Shown here in pieces: positions 61,831 through 64,000 of a DNA stretch of 64,000 bases (within the stretch, counting starts at the first letter, position 1; each line of letters begins with the position of its first letter). The position numbers and the translations under genes were made by a program. The stretch covers positions 25,730,001-25,794,000 of the forward strand of contig CM069134.1 in NCBI GenBank assembly GCA_035221665.1. The letters run 5' to 3'. The notes below the pieces were generated by a model. That model ran no database searches, was not told the origin of the DNA, and was given only the letters and a program-made list of their open reading frames with translations. Source of the DNA: Okamejei kenojei (lineage: Eukaryota).

Positions 61831-64000
61831 AATTTCTTCCTTTATGTTAGCAGACCAAACAAATGTCTCGCTTCTTTGAGCACTAATTGTCAATTTAAAA
61901 AGTAGACAAATAAATGTATAATGTTAATAATTTTCCATCCAGAAACAGCCTCAACAACAATTTATAGCCAAATAAATTATGGTAATGTTTATTTATCATG
62001 ATATTATAATTTATTTTAACAAGTAATTAAAACCATTCATCTATAATCAAGGCTCAGTTTTATGACTTACATCCTCCATTTACTTGCCTAGGTTATTTCA
62101 GTGGCTTCTTCCAAATCCATGACTTCTATCACCAAGGAAAACAAAGGGAACAAGTGTATGGGAACACCACTAACTGTACATTCCACTCCAAGTCACACCC
62201 TTCAGGAAATATATTGTTGTTTCTTTACCATTTTGAGATTTAATGTCTGCAACTTTCTACCTAACATCAGTCTGGGAATGTCTTCCACAGAAGAACTGCA
62301 GCAACTTTAGAAGGCAGTTTCTCACCACCTTCTCAAGAGCAATTAGAATTGAACAGTAACTGCTTGGCTTTACTAACGGAATGTGAACATCTAATCTAAT
62401 GTGACAATTCATTGCAGTTCTTTGAACTGTTACGCTGTGGAAGGGGCCATCTTTTAAATGAGTCATTAAATTGAGGCCCTGTTCACCATATGTAACCATA
62501 CATATTTAAAAGATCTCATAACACAATAACGAGCCATGGAATTCTCTTTGTGTCCTTGGCAACATTTAACTTTTGTCAAATACAACACAAAACAAAACAG
62601 ATTATATTGTTACCTATCTCATTGCTGTTTTTGAATAAACTGTGCTTAGCACAACTACCACCATTGCCAGAATTAAAGAAGTTACTGTATATTAAATATA
62701 TTTAATGGCTTTAATTTTTGGGCCTCTACTGGTGCCATACACATCCTAACATACCCATTTCAAAAATATGTTTCTAAGATTGCATTAGAAGAGAGAAGGA
62801 ACAAATGTAAAAAGTCAAAAGGAACTGATCATTTTGCATCTGAAATGCCGGTAGCCGTTATGGAAAGATTTGAATTAGAAATATAAAGATAACCAAGATT
62901 TTTTTTTTTTTAAAGTATCTAAGCAAATTGTTTACTGTGATAAACAATTGACATGCTAGGGATTATGTTAAAAATTAGTATCCTAAGGTAGTAAGTTACC
63001 AGTCCGTGCATATTTAATGCATTTATTTGAAGTTAAAAACTTCCCGTATTTAAAGATAAAGAGATAACAACTTCACCAGTGAAGAAAGGAATATCAGGAA
63101 AACCATACATCATTTCAGGGCTTTAAAAATTAAGAATAAGAAACATTTTGTAATGTTATTGTTAAATGGAAGGGCTTAGTTTAGGTAAATAAGCATTAGC
63201 TGTTTTCAGTAGCTAGAGGGATAGCAACTGAAGGAAGTCGCTGTGAGCTGATTTACAAAAAACTAGAAGTGAGATAGATATTACGATCTGGAAAGCAAGG
63301 CTGTATTTAACAGTAACGTGCAAATGAGGACGAATAAATACTGAGGGCAAAGATCAGGGAAAGATCAAGTATGAATGGTTCTATCAAAGAGCTAAGGCAA
63401 GTTGTATGTCTCCAATGCTGTATCATTCTATGATATTATGAGCACCATTGAGTTTCTGGAAAAAGGAGATTGAAGGAAATGGTGAAAAGCTGTTATCCAT
63501 TTCAGTTTCTCCAGGTTACCCATTTTAGAAAGTCTTGACATCTTTTTGAGGATGGCACCATTTGAAGGAGAGAATCTTTAATTCCGTTATACCTTTTTTA
63601 TGATTGCTTGATATCAAAGATTACGGTCATATTTCAAATGTAAATATGTGAAAGCTATAATAATATAACTGGTTGCTGAGGGCCACACTAATGGAAACAC
63701 TAATATTAGGTAGATATTTGAAACACTGATGCGTACAAGGCACTTTGAGGTTGTTTAGGTTGTCCAACACTTCCATTCAGTCGACATGTAGTTCATGTGC
63801 AAACACAAGATGTTGCTTCTGATTTATTGCATAAGATACCCAGGCAGTTACCATGTTGTCTTCATCCAGTGGCAATCTACCTTCAATGCCTTTGTATCTC
63901 AAAGGCGACATAACATCTTGTTGGTTGGAGACAGTTGGTACTCCTTAAAACATGACCAATGCACCCCAGGAATGATACTGCCAAAAATGTGGTTGGCATG

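Noticed and set aside
58524-64000. Final STAU2 coding exon
   Set aside because: No acceptor followed by a recognisable STAU2 C-terminal peptide was found; it probably lies beyond the window.

Overview
Eukaryotic, AT-rich and repeat-dense DNA from a cartilaginous fish, probably a skate or ray (inferred from HE1-type V-SINEs with CR1 tails). Two + strand coding exons are recognisable: 1168-1281 (VQYSDMQNGKECMTYLTLSPVQITFHGIGSSIEASRDQ) and 58435-58523 (AALNALKQLSERGLDPVEGAIKIENGSIE). Together they encode part of the C-terminal dsRBD5 region of Staufen-2 (STAU2), so most of the window is one ~57-kb STAU2 intron. The intron holds CR1, Rex1/Babar, L2 and RTE LINE fragments, a ~2.3-kb HERO-type RLE retrotransposon, a full-span Passport-like Tc1 transposon, two pogo/Tigger-like MITEs, a decayed Harbinger-like nuclease and many HE1 SINEs. 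The most notable signal is about 20 Penelope-like element (PLE) termini. Many carry a minimal hammerhead-ribozyme motif (CUGAAGA-stem II-GAAAC-GUC), a few with intact cores, and several are arranged as fold-backs. Also seen: a 38-bp hairpin not assignable to a repeat, a CpG-retaining candidate enhancer and candidate alternative stop-containing exons. Most ORFs in the track are spurious or TE-derived. Family names come from recalled motifs, not database searches, and repeat boundaries are approximate.
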